64,000 nucleotides of DNA from Cheilinus undulatus (taxonomy: Eukaryota). Positions 36,667 to 50,700 of the stretch are shown in pieces. The notes beneath the pieces were generated by a model, which saw only the letters and a list, made by a program, of their open reading frames with translations, ran no database searches and had not been told where the DNA came from. The first letter of the stretch is position 1. Each line of letters starts with the position of its first letter. Position numbers and translations under genes: made by a program. The stretch covers positions 26,584,546-26,648,545 of the forward strand of contig NC_054879.1 of NCBI RefSeq assembly GCF_018320785.1, given 5' to 3'.

Positions 36667-39600
36667 ATGGCATCACTCATGGAAATGGAGGGAATTTACG
36701 TCAATATTGGAAGTGCTGCTGATGTCAGACCTCCGACCATTCAGACAAGTAAGAGTATTCCCTTTGACTCAGCTGTTCAGGAATAGCTATTATCTTGCAG
36801 CATTTTAAATCTCATGCGGTTTGGTCTGTGTTCAGGTCCTGAAAGCTCACCAAGGAGATTTGACAGACCTGTTGCTGTTTTTCTGGGGCTGCTGAATGTA
36901 ATCCTGTTGGCTGGGATCATTGGCCTCAGCTTCCACTGTGAGTTATTTTATTTTTAGCACCACTTTAAAAAGAACCTACAGCTTCCAGGCTTCAGTTTGT
37001 TTGACTTCCTGATAAAGGCTTGATGCCGAAACGCGTTGAAGTGTGTTTTTAGGTCAACTCTTGACCATTCCATGAAAATAAAGACATTTTAATGCTTGTA
37101 AAGAGAGTCCACAATGTAATAAATCCCTTTAACTTTGAATTACAAACAAAATTATTTTTAGAAACAAATAAGTAAATCTGAATATGACATAAAAATCAAT
37201 ATACAAATATGAACAATGTTAACGTCAAAGACAGTAACAACAAGAGTGGAGCACTTACTACAGGGGTCATCAACTAAATTACTACAAGGCCCAGCTTTTC
37301 CCTGATGGACACTTTATGGGCCAGACTTTAAAATAACCTAAAATAAAGGGGGTCAAACAGCCAGTTGGTAAGGCCGCGCCCCATGCACACAGGAGGTGCA
37401 GGTTCAGATCTAGCCTGTGGCTCTTTTACTCTTTCGTCTTTCTATGAATGCTCTGTTAGTTTTACTCCATATGTCACAGGACGAACACCTTCCAAAAAGT
37501 TCAGCTTTTGTCTGGTCAGTCCACAGAACATTTTATCAAAAGTCTTGGGGATCATCAAAATGTTTTTAATCAAATGTGAGACAAGCCTTTGTGTTGTTGT
37601 TGGTCCACAGTGGTTGGATGCCATTTTTGCCCAGTCTCTGTCTTATTGTCAAACCATGAGTCAAGTGAGGCCTACAGGTCTTTAGGTCTTCTGGGTTCGA
37701 GTTGTTTTGGTGGGCCGACCACTGTTCCAAGTTTTCTCCATTTGTGGATAATGGCTCTCACTGTGGTTCACTGGAGTGCCAAAGCCAAACCCTTTCCAGG
37801 CTGATAGATGTCAGTGTCTTTGTTTCTCATGTGTTCTTGAATTTCTTTAGATGGCGCCATGTTGGGCTGCTTTTTGAGATCTTTTCGTCTATTTGACTTT
37901 GTTAGACAGGTTCTGTTTAAAGGACTTCTTGATTCGACAGATCTGGCAGTAATCAGGCCTGGGTGTGGCTAGTGTAACTGAACTCAGCTTTTCAAATAAT
38001 GTGGTTGATCACAGTTAATCCATGATTTTACTCTGGGGATCAGTTACTTTTTCACGTACTTTTTCAAGTCTGGATGGCTTTTTGTGTTCACCCTAGTTAT
38101 CTTTGTCTGATATCAAAATAAGTTTAATGACCTGAAACATTTAAGTGTGAGAAAACTAAGAAACAAGGGAGGGGAGGCGAACACTTTTCACAGCATTGTA
38201 TATCATTAGAAACACTTTAATTACACCTTTTATACAATTTAAAGACTCAGGAACATTCACCTCTATTTCCTCTATTTCCTGTTGTGTTGTTTCTTTGTCA
38301 TGTCATTCAGATACGTTAATTCAGTTATGAAATCAGGCGTGACTGTTAAAAGAGGAAGTTCCAGTCATTGCGGGTGAGATCGATGATGGAAAGGCACTGA
38401 TAAAACTTTGAGAATATAGTGTTTACCTTTTCTTAGTGATCGAAGCCTGAGTGGCGTAAAATGAGCTGATATAATTGGATATGGTTCCAGTCTACCCTTG
38501 CAAAGCAGATGGGTTTGCCAGACTCCATGTCTGCCATCAGACAAATCCATCTAGGAAAGCTCTAATCCACAACATTTGTGGTGAGCAGACACTGGTGTGG
38601 CCTATCAGCATTATCTGGGGAGAACAAGGCTGTAGTAATGGTTAGGGTTAAGCCATTCACACAGGATAAGCGAAGCTTGTTATATACTCAAATTTACAGA
38701 CATTTCTGAAGGAAACTATACAGGTACTGTATAGAAGCAGAAATGATAACACAATGTTTTTTCTAGCGTAAACTATTAAAGTTTACTGCAGGAACGGAGG
38801 CTCCAGCCGACTGTCAAAACTCAGATACAGGAGGAACAATGCAGATTCCATCCTGGCTGTGGGACAGTGGCCCAGCTCTTTACTCTCACAGGACTTCTTG
38901 AGGGAGTGTGGGAGTTTGCTAATCCACTCTAAATGTGTTTCGTGGGCAAGGCTTATGGTCATGTCCTTCAGGGGGAGTCATGTGAGACCAAAAACACTAT
39001 TTCTAACCTATATGTGTCAAAAAGTTTGTTAACAATCTCCTATGCAGGCTTTTTTTTTTTTTTTTTTTGATCAGGAAAAGCTGCAAGAACCGTAACAAAC
39101 ATAATTACCACTCTAAATTACAGAGATGCTGATTGGTACAGAATAAGTATTGCCTTTGGACCTCTGTGTGTGCTGTAATATGGTGGGTAATTAACCCTGG
39201 CATTTTTTCTCTGCATTCTGTTGAAGAAACATTTTTCTTTGATTATTTCAGCACATCATGTATCTGCAGAGCTCTCCACCATCAAAGCCAATCTGACTGA
39301 GCAGCTTGAGGTCAAAGATCAGCAGCTGTCTTCACTGAATGAACAGAGGGACCTTCTGAATGTCAAATTCACCAACATGAGGAAAGAGCTGTCTCAAAAG
39401 AGTGAGTTCTACCAAAGCTAACTGATCTCTTAAGTTTCTTTTTTATGATTAAAGTTCATGACCAACTATCATGTCCAGCGCGGTGATTGGCTCCAAAGTT
39501 ACATTAATCACCATTCTAGTAACTTTCACTTCCTTTAAAGGGTAAAGTGAAAATAGAGGAAACACTATTCCAACTCTGTTAGCTGTTTTCAAATCAAAAT

Positions 39601-42600
39601 ATTACAAATCTGTAAATATTACACAATTACAAAACACCTATTTTTAAAACAGAAATGTCAAAATTGTGTAAAATTATGTTTGGTAATGCACTTGTCGAAG
39701 CTGTCACTTAACCAATGCGACATGGCATGAAGCCGATCAGTCCGTGGCACTGCTGGGGGTGTTCTGAAGCATAGGTTGCTCTGAAAGCAGCCTGTCTTTA
39801 TTGTTGAGTCTGATTTCTCTCATCTTCCTCTTGACATTTCCCCAGAGATTCTCTGTGGTGCTCAGGTCAGGCCAGTTGGCTGGCCAGTCAAACACAGTAA
39901 TACAACCAGTCTCTGGCAGTTATGGCTTCACTGTGGGCAGGTGCCAAGTCCTGCTGGAAAAGGAAATCAGTATCTCCATAAATTCTCTCTGCAGATAGAA
40001 GCACAAAGTGTTTTATAATCTCCTGGCAGATGGCTGACAGTGCTGACTCTGGACTTGACAATGACCAGTGGACCAACAGCAGCAGATGGCATGGCACCCC
40101 AAACATCACTGACTGTGGAAACTGAAGCTTTAAGCTGCAATCATCAAGAGTAAAACAAAAAAGTCTTTGGAATATTCCACTTTGTGTGCAATGGAACCAG
40201 AGTATATGTAGGTCCAACAAACAAAATGTAACATTCCTGTTTACTACAGTTACTACACGCATTCAAAGTGTCAATTACAGATGAACAGCCTTGAGTACAA
40301 ACATCTGTAAAACACAGATCTTATCTCTTAGATCAAAGTAGGAAGTGGTCTTTGACACATATTTCCACTCTTGATAACATCTCTAGGTCTTTTCTGCTCT
40401 CTAATGTTGTTTGTTCATCATATTTTACAGAAAAAACTTGTCCTGCAGGATGGAAGATGTTCCAGGGTTCCTGTTATTTCTTCTCAACGCTTAAAAAGAC
40501 TTGGGAGGAGAGCAGGAAAGACTGCACAGACAAAGATGCAGATCTTGTGATCATTCGTAGTTTTGAGGAACAGGTAATGTGGTCTTTGTGGAGTTTCACA
40601 TTTCATCCCCTGAGCAATACTTTTCAGCTCCTCCTGGGAAATTCTGGGGGATCCCCAGGTGGGATATACAAAGTATGGCTATCAAAAACAAGACTAATGC
40701 TGTAATACAATTTTATTGAAGATAAATCTTTTTCTTTGATTAGCCCACCACAAATGTGGCAGACACAGCGCTCCTGCCCTGCCCTTCCCAAACACTTTCT
40801 ATGGGAGCTTTTCCAGATAAATATGAAGTATATCCATGCAATGGATATTTGAAACAGTCAATCTGGCGTGTCAGGTGTCAGCAAGTTTGGCACACACTTT
40901 TGTCATGTTCAAATTTTCATGCATAATTTCCCAACTGTCTTTATCAATGGAGAGCTACCATTCTTATACTGAGTCATTAATCATTTCAAATAATTTGTTC
41001 AATTTGTTGAATGTCTTAAGACATTTTGATGTGCATGGGTACCCAGAGCGCTCATGATCTCGGACATCCTCTCTGCCTTCACTAAATCTTTTGTGCCATT
41101 CATAATTTTTAAGCCAATCATTTTCTGACAGAGCAGAACACATGCCCTTCAACTGGTAGTTAGCAGTGACGTTATGCCTCGTTTAGAAGTGGTAAGGACG
41201 ATACATAAAAAGAACCGTATCACTCAGATCTTAAGTAGCCACAAAGACAATGTTTTAAAGTTTGAACAAAAAGAATGATGTATTAACATAGATTAATTTA
41301 AGCTCACACAGACAAGGAAAGTTACCTCAGGGTGAGACACTTCAAAGGGATATTTCTGTATTTTTGAAGTTGAATTGTATGAGATACTTGGTGATAGTAA
41401 TGCAGTAGGGGTTTTCTAAAGGGGGCCGTCAAGGGGCCACAGTACTCATAGAGAGGCCAAGTATTTTTCCAACATCCTTTTTTTGGTAAGGTGTATACAT
41501 TTCACCAGTCATACCTTGTTCAAACACTTAATGTAATTTTAAAAAAAGCTTAGCTAAACTCCTTACAAATGTAATTGGAATTTTTACTGTGCATAGACAA
41601 AACACTTTCAAACACTCACAGCAGGTGAGCAACTCCAGCAGATATACACTTTTTTTAAAGCCTTAAATGGGTTAACGTTACCGTTAACTAATGTTAGCTA
41701 CTGCCTCTTAATTTAATGTTTGTCAAACTTAAGTGACAGCAGTGAGTAAATGGGGCATTATTGACTTACTAAAAAACTCCACAAGATGTCGGCTACCATC
41801 TCTTATCTGTGTAGAAAAACTCTTCTTGGTGGTATCATCCAAACCTTCTTCTCATCATTCTCATCATCATTCCTGTACAAAGGATAGATGAGTGACAGGA
41901 CAGGAGCACTAAAGGGGGCCAATCAGATTTCAGCTGCGGCCAAAGGCCCTGTGGCCCCGCCCCTAGAACCGCCCCTGCTATTAGGCTCCAGAGTTTTCAG
42001 CATAGACTCTTAAAAGAATTGGATATGCCTGGAGGACCTCCAGGGGGAGGCACCCTGATGCAAACCCTGTCAAGGGCGCACTTCTGGCGCTCAGCTTAGC
42101 GCTTGTGTGTAACCAAACATCCCTTTCTTGTGCCTCATCCTGGGCAACTGGGCAAGAGCATCCAGCCCCTCTTCAGGTGTTTGGTTCCTGACATGTCTGG
42201 TGTAAAGTCCAAGTATTTCTAGCTGGGAGTGGTCCACCCTGACTTCAACTCCACTGCTTCCCTACCAGAGAGAGAAATGAAAGATAATAAATACTCTGTC
42301 CTCATTGTGTGTGATTGTCTGTACACAAATCGACAGATAGCTAACAGACTGAAGAGACGTCAGAAGCTGGAGTAAAGTTGTAAGGTCTTTACTGTTGCTG
42401 TCATTCTCTTTCGTTTACATTTTGTAAAACTGAAAAAATACAAATAATTCTGTATCAGTTATATGATGCAATTAAATACACATCATACATGCATACAAAA
42501 CAGCTGCTGCATAAATGTACTGTACAAGAATATCAATCAAAAATTAGGTTCATATATAACTGAAACACTGCAAACAGTCATAAATTCAACATAAATCAGT

Positions 42601-43739
42601 AGCCGTGCTATATGCAAATTAAAGCTATCAAAACTAGCATAGGAAAAAACTAGCATCATGTACGGCCATCTCTCAGCATCATTAGCTCACTTCTAAATTT
42701 TTATTTATGGCAATATGAAACATAAACAACAGAGATGAATCAACATAATAAGCCACAAGTGAAAAATAAACTTGCAAGCGATGCTTTCAGAAATGGGGAA
42801 GGAAAGAAAGGCAGCTGATGAAGCAGGCTGACCGCATGGCAACGTCTCCCAACTACAGCGCCTACTGTGACTCAGCTAAGTCACGTGACCAAATGAACCA
42901 ATCAGATCTGATGGCAAACTACACTACAGAAATTCAATTACCTTAAATAACCAAAAGGGGGAGACAGATACTAAAACATCACACTATTGTTATAACACAT
43001 GACAGATAATCTCAGGATTTTTCTATTGGCCACTGAAACTTTTAATATTATTGTGCTTTTCGTTGTCCTTGCTTTCCTATATTTATGTTGTTAATAATAA
43101 TGTTTAAGTTGAATTCCACAATTCTACATTTTTTTTTGTCATAAGAATTTATAAATCATTTGATTTAAGAGACATATTTATAAATTTTCCATTTCCAGGA
43201 ATGAATGAGTTAAAGACATAAATATAAAAGCAGGATCTCCACCCTTTAACAGGAATTTCTCACTAACAACAGAAAGGATTGGACATGGATTGGCCTGAGT
43301 GACAAAGAGAATGAAGGCATCTGGAAATGGACGGACGGCTCCCTACTGACTCAGGAGTAAGGCACATGGAGATAATATGTCTTAGCTTGAATTAAGGCAC
43401 ATTGGCATTGATTCTCGTAAATTATTTTTGACCTGTTTATTTTCTGTTTTTCAAAGCCTATTTAAAAGAATCAGTCCTTTTTAACTAATTTAACTAACTT
43501 GTTGATTAGATTCACTCACAGCAGCCTTTTTTAAATAAACACTCTTTTAAGAAAAGCTATAAATCCTCTTAAATTCACACTAGTTCACCTCTTACAGATT
43601 CTGGTTCAAAGGGCAGCCTGATAATGGTGAAGGACATCCCAAACTGGGTGAAGAAGACTGTGTTCATTTCAGAAAAACAGACAAAAGGTGGAATGATCGG
43701 GGATGCAACGTGCCCATGCATTGGATTTGTGAGAAATAG
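36667..43739 (+). CDS. Type II TM C-type lectin receptor, copy 4, apparently intact (240 aa, shorter neck)
   Basis: Exons: 36667-36748 (MASLMEMEGIYVNIGSAADVRPPTIQT), 36836-36937 (TM), 39252-39401 (neck, 150 nt), 40431-40573 (KKTCPAGWKMFQGSCYFFSTLKKTWEESRKDCTDKDADLVIIRSFEEQ), 43253-43356 (EFLTNNRKDWTWIGLSDKENEGIWKWTDGSLLTQ), 43598-43739 (EFWFKGQPDNGEGHPKLGEEDCVHFRKTDKRWNDRGCNVPMHWICEK, TAG 43737-43739). Total 723 nt, divisible by 3. AATAAA at 43848-43853. Confidence 0.7.
37440..38210 (-). mobile_element. Tc1-like element relic in the TM-to-neck intron of copy 4, ending in a Tc1 ITR terminus
   Basis: A minus-strand ORF resembles Tc1 transposase. The terminus ...gaggggaggcgaacacttttcacagcattgta matches the canonical Tc1 ITR (tacagtgc...gtatt..cccc). 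Orthologous insertions lie at 48300-48775 and about 31905. Confidence 0.5.
39720..40270 (-). mobile_element. Tc1/mariner transposase fragment (DDE region)
   Basis: Minus-strand ORF ...DTDFLFQQDLAPAHSEAITARDW is the Tc1 FQQDN.P.H motif. Related sequence occurs at 51650-51870. Confidence 0.5.
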
Positions 43740-43999
43740 TTCTGAAATTATTAAGCATTCAAGTCAAACATAATTGATGTTACATTGTGTGACATTCAAA
43801 AAATCAGGTTTGTTGTTAAAATTGACTGTAGTTTTGTATAAGGTACTAATAAAGACCTCCTGCTGACATTTGACACCTGTGATGTCTCTAACTACATTGG
43901 ATGGCAAAACTTTGAGTGTTGACATGAAGCTACAATGCATTTGAATCAGCAGCTGTGCTGAAGGTGTAATTTAGACCTATACATGTTAGAAAGAGGAAC

Positions 44000-44800
44000 A
44001 GAAAAAATTAGCCTTGTCAACAAAAATGATCACTCAGTTTATTCATTAAACAAACAGGAGCTTCAGTCAAGTGTAGAAGAACCATGCACAGCCACAACAG
44101 CCTGGCACCTCCTCCTCATGCTGGTCACACACCGCTGTGCAATCGCATCATCATTCTCCAACCCACATTTGTCACAAGTCAGCCAATGTGGTTGTGTTGT
44201 CCACTCTGGTTTGAACAGCATACCTAAGCTGATCCTACAAGTGTTTAATGGGGTTAAGGTCAGGACTGCTGCTGCCTCTCCACTCCCAAATTCTTGACGT
44301 AGTCTCTAATCCCACTCTGTGGGGGTGAGCGTTGTCATCTTGGAGTTTAGAGTTCAGTCCAAGACTGTGGAGATGTGGGATTACCGCTGGTTGCAGAACC
44401 CCATCTCGATACCTCTCTGCATTGAGACTGCCTCCAATGATGACGAGTCTCGTTTTTCCAGTGAGGGAGATGCCGCCCCACACCATCACACCGCCTCCAC
44501 CAAAAGATGTTTCTCTATCAGTGCAGCAACCAGCATAGCGTTGTCCATGTCTTCGACACACTTTGACCCCACTATCCAACTGACGTGGTCTGAATCTGTA
44601 CTCATCGTTGAACATAATGTTCCTCCACATCAGGGTTGTCCACATCAGGGGGCCAAATGTGTCCCGTGGTCCAATTTTGATTGGCCTGCAGCAAAATCTA
44701 GAGGTAAAATGAAATATGGCCCACATTTGAACATGAAGCTTTTGTGAGACTGTATTGTGCTTCATAGTTTCAGCACAATACAGTGCTACCATTTATTTTA
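44000..44800 (-). mobile_element. Tc1/mariner transposase relic (DDE catalytic domain)
   Basis: 185-aa minus-strand ORF: VMVWGGISLTGKTRLVII...QDDNAHPHR...SSPDLNPIKHL. Confidence 0.6.
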
Positions 44801-46002
44801 TTTAACCTTTATTTACCCAGATTAAACCCATTGAGATCGAGATCTCTTTTACAAGGGTGACCTGGCCAAGAGGTCAGCAGCACACATCACAATATAATAC
44901 ATTTCAGTAACAGATTGAATTTATAAATAAATTAAAACAAATAGTAATAATGCTTATTCAGTAAACATTTCAACAAAAATAATTTATCAATGTGTTTTTT
45001 GTGGCTGTACTGTACAAAGCAAAAATATTGGTAATCAAAATAATAATCTTTTGTTTTCTAACTCCCTGATGAGTTTCAGTGGCAAAACCAGGACTGATAA
45101 TATTCCAGGGGCTGAGCCTGTGGCAGCTAGGGCCAAACAGGGACCCCTGAAATCTGATTAGCATCCCCAAAAAAACTGAAAATGATTGTCTTCTTACTCT
45201 GTAAGCCATTAAATCAAGTGTTTAGCATTAGTTCAGGCAGGCCATGGAGTCAAGCCCAGATCAGCTGATCTAATGCAAGCCCTCATCGGCTGATGGCCAG
45301 CTGATTAGCTGTAAGAAGGCCAATGGACAATCGCTCTCATGCTGCCTTATTTATACTGCTCTTGATCGACTACACTCTGTAGCTCTCTCTGCAAGCTGCT
45401 CTTTAAACCCTCCTCCACCCCAGCTCCTCCTTCATTCTGTTTCTGTCTTACTCAGTGTCATTCATTTGTCACTGACACCTGCTCTGCTCTGGAGTTTTTG
45501 CTGCTTCTCTTCCTGCCTTAGGCTTTCCTTATCAGCACAGGAAGAGCTGGAATAATTGCTGTTACTGATACTTTCCATGCAGATTTATGGAAGGGTAGGG
45601 GGATCCCAGAACAGCCACATCACCAAACAGAAATATCAGCAATAAGTTCTCAATGATAACTGCTTATAAAGAAATAATTATTGCTGCAAATTATGTGTTT
45701 CTTCACTGAACTAGCCATTTAAGCAAACTCAGTCACTAAGCATATCTCAACTTACATTATACTGGTTTTACAAACTTCCACATACCTTACCTTGTGTGGC
45801 CCCAATATCCTTATATATTTTTCTGTATGTGGCCCTCAGTGTAAAATGTTTGGACAACCCTGCTTTAAACACTATGATCTGCACTAACATTATGTGGATA
45901 TCGACCATGGAAATGTGACGGATAAAGGCATCAGATTGTAGCCCAATCACAGGTCACAACAGATCTGAAAAAATGGGCCCAAAATTTGTAAAGACCTTCA
46001 GA

Positions 46003-46927
46003 CTTGTTAACTCATTGAGTGCCAGCCCTTTTATAGTGGCTTGTGCCAGCGTTTTTGGCAATTTTGAGTCATCTTTGAAGACCGACAAAATATTTTGTAC
46101 TATGATTCTGAAAACACTAAATAACTCAAATGAAAGAAGAAACTCTCTATTTCATAATGGAAAAAAATGTTTGTTTGTAGCTTGTTCCGTTCTTGATTTA
46201 TCTTAAGTTGAATTGTGGCTAGTTTCACCAAAAAGACCACTTTTTTCTAGAAAGCTGAGAAAAATGCATTTTTGTGAAAGAAAGTCGGTCAAGCAGAACA
46301 GTGATTTGAATGTTATAATTTTGCCTTCAGTGACATTATAGACATCTGAAAATTGTATTACGAATGTTATTCTATTGTAAAATAAATAACAATGCTTCCA
46401 GTCACTGTCATGTCATTCACACTCTGGAACTGGACGGCCTCCACGGGACCCGCCTATACACCCATGTCCTCTCCTGCTTGTTGCTGTATTCATCCAGCTG
46501 GTGAGAGGCTGCCTTATTTCTCCGACGCACGGGGGGAAACTTCACGGCATTCTTTAGCCTCTTGACCGTATAGACAGATGAATAAAAGCGCCGATCCCTG
46601 GATTCGCTGTCGTTAAGTTCAGTGTCGGTTTCATTGAGTAAGCGATTTCTTAGGCAAAAGTTTGAAGTTTCTTCCAGCGTCTAAGTTAGAACTTTTGGCT
46701 TAGATTACCTCCGTAACGATCGCTCTGCTCTTTGATCCCAGGGTCTCCACCTCTGATGTTTGATCTACTGTCACATCGACTGTAGTGTCCCTCACAGGGA
46801 GCGTGAGAGCGCCCCCTTGTGCCAGCCGCCAAAAAAACACTTTGACGTATATATATGTCTATGGCACTCAAGCATTGGTTTTTAAATGACATATATATAC
46901 GTCAATGGCACTCAATGAGTTAACATG
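46003..46927. mobile_element. Candidate non-autonomous DNA transposon with terminal inverted repeats of about 21 bp
   Basis: Left end cttgttaactcattgagtgcc (46004-46023) and right end ggcactcaatgagttaacatg (46907-46927) are reverse complements with one mismatch. The interior has no coding capacity. Confidence 0.3.
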
Positions 46928-47638
46928 TACACAGGTGCTAAACTCAAGCTGTTGAGGCTTGACCACCACACACCCGGTCTAAAAGAGTCAGAAGAAGACA
47001 GCCTAAATCAGTGGTTCTCACAGGACTAGCATCAGGACCCACCACCAGAGAGGTAAAGGTTTCTATGTTTTGCAATCATATCTAAATGCTTTTAATGGAA
47101 AATGGTGCAATATGGATAGAATAAAAGATGCAATGGAACAAAGGGGCAGAGACCTTTCCTTCAAAATAAAGGCACATCATATATTTTTTTCCAGGCACAC
47201 TTTAAACCTCATAATGGAAATGTTGTTTACAAGTTACTCCCGAGGAAAAAAAATCAGGTGTTAACGGATGGTGTTGGTGATGTGAGATCTCAGATGTCAC
47301 TTCCGTTATGTTTTTTAGTCATAGAAGCCGTGGTTTTGTGTGTTAAAAACATTCAGACTGCCTCTTTGCTAGTCCTATCAGCAGCTTCAGTGATGACATG
47401 TCACACAAAAAAATCTTGAATATTTATCATACTGACATCGACCTGACGTGAAGAGAGAGGAAAAGAGAAAAAAAAAATGTTTAAAGCGATCCCCCCAAGT
47501 GAAGAGGCCCTTACGTGCTGTGCATGGTCTGCGTATAGGGAGGGGCAGCCCGACTTCTGCTCTTTTTACTGTCAGTTTCTTTATACATTTGCAATTTTAA
47601 TTGATTAAAAAAAGGTCCTGTTTTTTTTCAAATTCAGA

Positions 47639-47654
47639 GACTAGTCACTTCCTC
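47639..47654 (+). promoter_or_regulatory. Conserved promoter motif gactagtcacttcctc, 101 bp upstream of the copy 5 ATG
   Basis: Same motif and spacing as the other copies. Confidence 0.45.
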
Positions 47655-47754
47655 AATCGATGAAAAAAAAAAACATACATTTGAACCCCAAAAGACTTCC
47701 TCCTCAGTCATAGTAGTCCACGCTGCTGACAGTACCTTTAAGGAAACAGATAAA

Positions 47755-50700
47755 ATGGCATCATTTCATAAAACTGAGGAAATCTACGTCAATGCTGAAG
47801 ATATAAAACCTGTTGATATCAGACCTCCGACTATTCAGACAAGTAAGAGTATTTACTTTGACTCAGCTGTTCAGGAACATGTATTATAATACGGCATTAT
47901 AACTCGTCTTATATGATTCTGTCTGTGTTCAGGTCCTGGAAGCTCACATGGGAGATTTTACAGACCTGTTGTTCTTTTCCTGGGGCTGCTCAGTATCATC
48001 CTGCTGGCTGGGATCATCGGCCTTGGCGTCCTCTGTGAGTCAGTTTTACTTACTTCTGCTCTGATGTTAAATCATATTTAAACCTTTGCAAGTGTCCTAA
48101 GTATGAAGATATTTACTGGATAAATTAAATAAAGTCTGAATTCTGAGATTAACGTGAGAATTCTGAAATTAATCTCAGAATTAGAAAAAAAAAAATTGGA
48201 CCTCAAAATTTTTTTGGTGGCCCTAACCCTCTTTAGAGTAATCCTATAACAAGAAAATTGTTGCACAAGCTTGTGCACCAAGTCTGATGCATTTATTTTT
48301 CTGTTCATTAACCCTTTCCAGACAGATAAAGGCCCGTGTTTTTGTGTCTCATCTGTTTTTAAATTTCTTTAGATGGCACCATGAGGCGTTTCTTTTTGAG
48401 ATCTTTTAGCCTTATTCATGTTGTCAGACAGGTTCTATTTAAGGGATTTCTGGATTCAGCAGTTCTGGCAGTAATCAGGCCTGGGTGTGGCTAATGAAAC
48501 TGAACTCAGGTTTCCAAAACATTTGGTTGATCACAGTTAATTCATGATTTAACAAGGGGGAGCAATTACTTTTCCAGATAGAGGCAGGTACGTTTAGATG
48601 GCTTTTTTCCCTTAGCAAATGAAATCATTTAAAAACTGCTTTTTTTTTTATCAACTTGGGTTAACTTCATCTAATATCAAAATTTGCTTTAAAACCTGAA
48701 ACACATGTGTGTGAAAATATGAAAAAAAAATGGATTCAGGAAGGGGGCAAATACTTTTTCACAGCACTGTAGATCATCAGAGACAGTTGATTTGGCCTTT
48801 TAGAAAATGTAAAGACAGGAACATTCAGCTCTACTTCTTGTGTTTCCACTTCTGTTGCATTTGTTATTTTTTGTCATGTCATCCAGATATGTTAATTGAG
48901 TTATGAAATTGGACATGATTCTCTCAGAAGAAGAAGTCCAGTCACTGTGAATGAGACGGATGATTGAAAGGCGTTGATAAAACCTTGAAGAGATAGCCTG
49001 TTACCGTTTACATGCAGAGTTTCTCTCCTTCATATGAAAGTGAAGAGCTCTTCAATATGAACTAGATACCGGTCCCACACACAAATTTGGCTTGGCCCCT
49101 GAAAAACCCAGAGAGTGGGCCCTCCACAGCTGGGATTTATTTATACCAATGCATGTCTATTAGATCAGTAGCATTAATGCTAGCGTCCTGGCTAACAGTT
49201 TCCTCAGGTTGGAGCTGAAAGGTGTCTCGAGCTATTATTGGGTTCTGATGTTGGTATTATTTTTATCACCACCTTTTTTTTGCCACTTTTCACCTTTTAG
49301 GCACTTTTTTGCCAATTACTGCAACTTGTTTAGGCCATTTTTAACCCATTTAACATTTTTGCCATTTTTGATCCATTTTCACCCCTTTTTGTCCAGTTTA
49401 ACGGTTTGCTGCTTTTCACCAATTTTTTGCCTCTTTTTGCCCATTTTTGCGTGGTTTCACGCCACTTGTTGACTGTTTTTGTCACTTTACTCCTATTTAG
49501 CAACTTTTTTTTGCAAATAACTACAACATCTTTGGCCATTTCCCCCCCGATTTTTGCCACTTTTGCCCATTTTCAGCACTTTTTGCTATTTTGGCACATT
49601 TTTGATCTTTGTAAGGCACTTTTTTGCCAATGATTGCAACTTCTCTTTACTAATTTTAAACCATTTTACCACTTATTGCCCTTTTTTGCCACTTTTAACC
49701 CATCTTTACCACCTTATGTCCATATTTGCAATGTTTTGCCCCTTTATTGCCACTTTATGCCCATTCGTTTCCCCCCCTTTTCCATTTTAGCTGCCTTTTG
49801 GTATTTTTACCCATTTTTGCCTCTTTTTGTCTAATTTAAAACTTTTTGCTGCTTGTTTACCATTTTTTAACCGCTTTTTGTCACTTCCTGGCCCATTTTG
49901 TCACCATTCACCTTTTTTAGCCACTTTTTGCCAATTACTGCAACTTCTTTTGGCCCCTTTTAACCCACTTTTTACCACTTTTTTCCTTTGTGTTAACCCA
50001 TTTAGCCATTGTATTGACATTTTAACCATTTTTTGCCACTTTTAACCAATTTCTTGTCTATTTTTGAAAATTATTTCATGTTTTCCCATCCAGACCACTG
50101 ATCAAGGCTTTGTAGATGATGCTGTGATCCCTGTGGAGACTGTAGATGTCCTTGTGAGGGCTCTTAACTTGCTGAGTGAGGAGGCTGAAATGTTGGGAAT
50201 GCATGTCTCCTTGGTCAAAACAAAGATCCAGGCTTTGGGAATGCTTTGGATGCTATCATCGACTCTGTGTCTGTGAATTGTGAGAGCATGAAAGTTGCAG
50301 TTCGCCTACCTTGGCACTGTAATTCATTGATCCACTGGCTGCAAGGCTGAGATCAGCCACAGACTTGTGCATGGGGTGATGAGTTTGCTGACCAAGATGT
50401 TGTGGCATTCCAGGTATCTGAGCATGAAAGGCAGAGTCTTTCAGTCCCTGGTCCTCCAGGTCTTACCCTACTCTTGTGAGGCCTGGACCTATGGCCAGAG
50501 CACCCTGACTGGACTCCTTTGTGACAACTTTTTTTGGGGGGTTCTGTTGGAAAGACTGTGTATTGAATGCTGACGTCCTTGGGAGAGCAGAGAAGGAAAA
50601 GGGTCAGCTGCTTGATACAGGGACGGCTGCTCCGCTTTTATGTGGTCCTGGCATGCTTTCCCAACCTGATCCAGCTAATTACATACTAGGTGCCTAGGAT

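Noticed and set aside
49209-50045. Cluster of 60-90 aa ORFs rich in F/L/P (and mirror ORFs on the minus strand at 58943-59726)
   Set aside because: These are translations of a T-rich tandem satellite. They have low complexity, no start or stop context, and they overlap one another in all frames.
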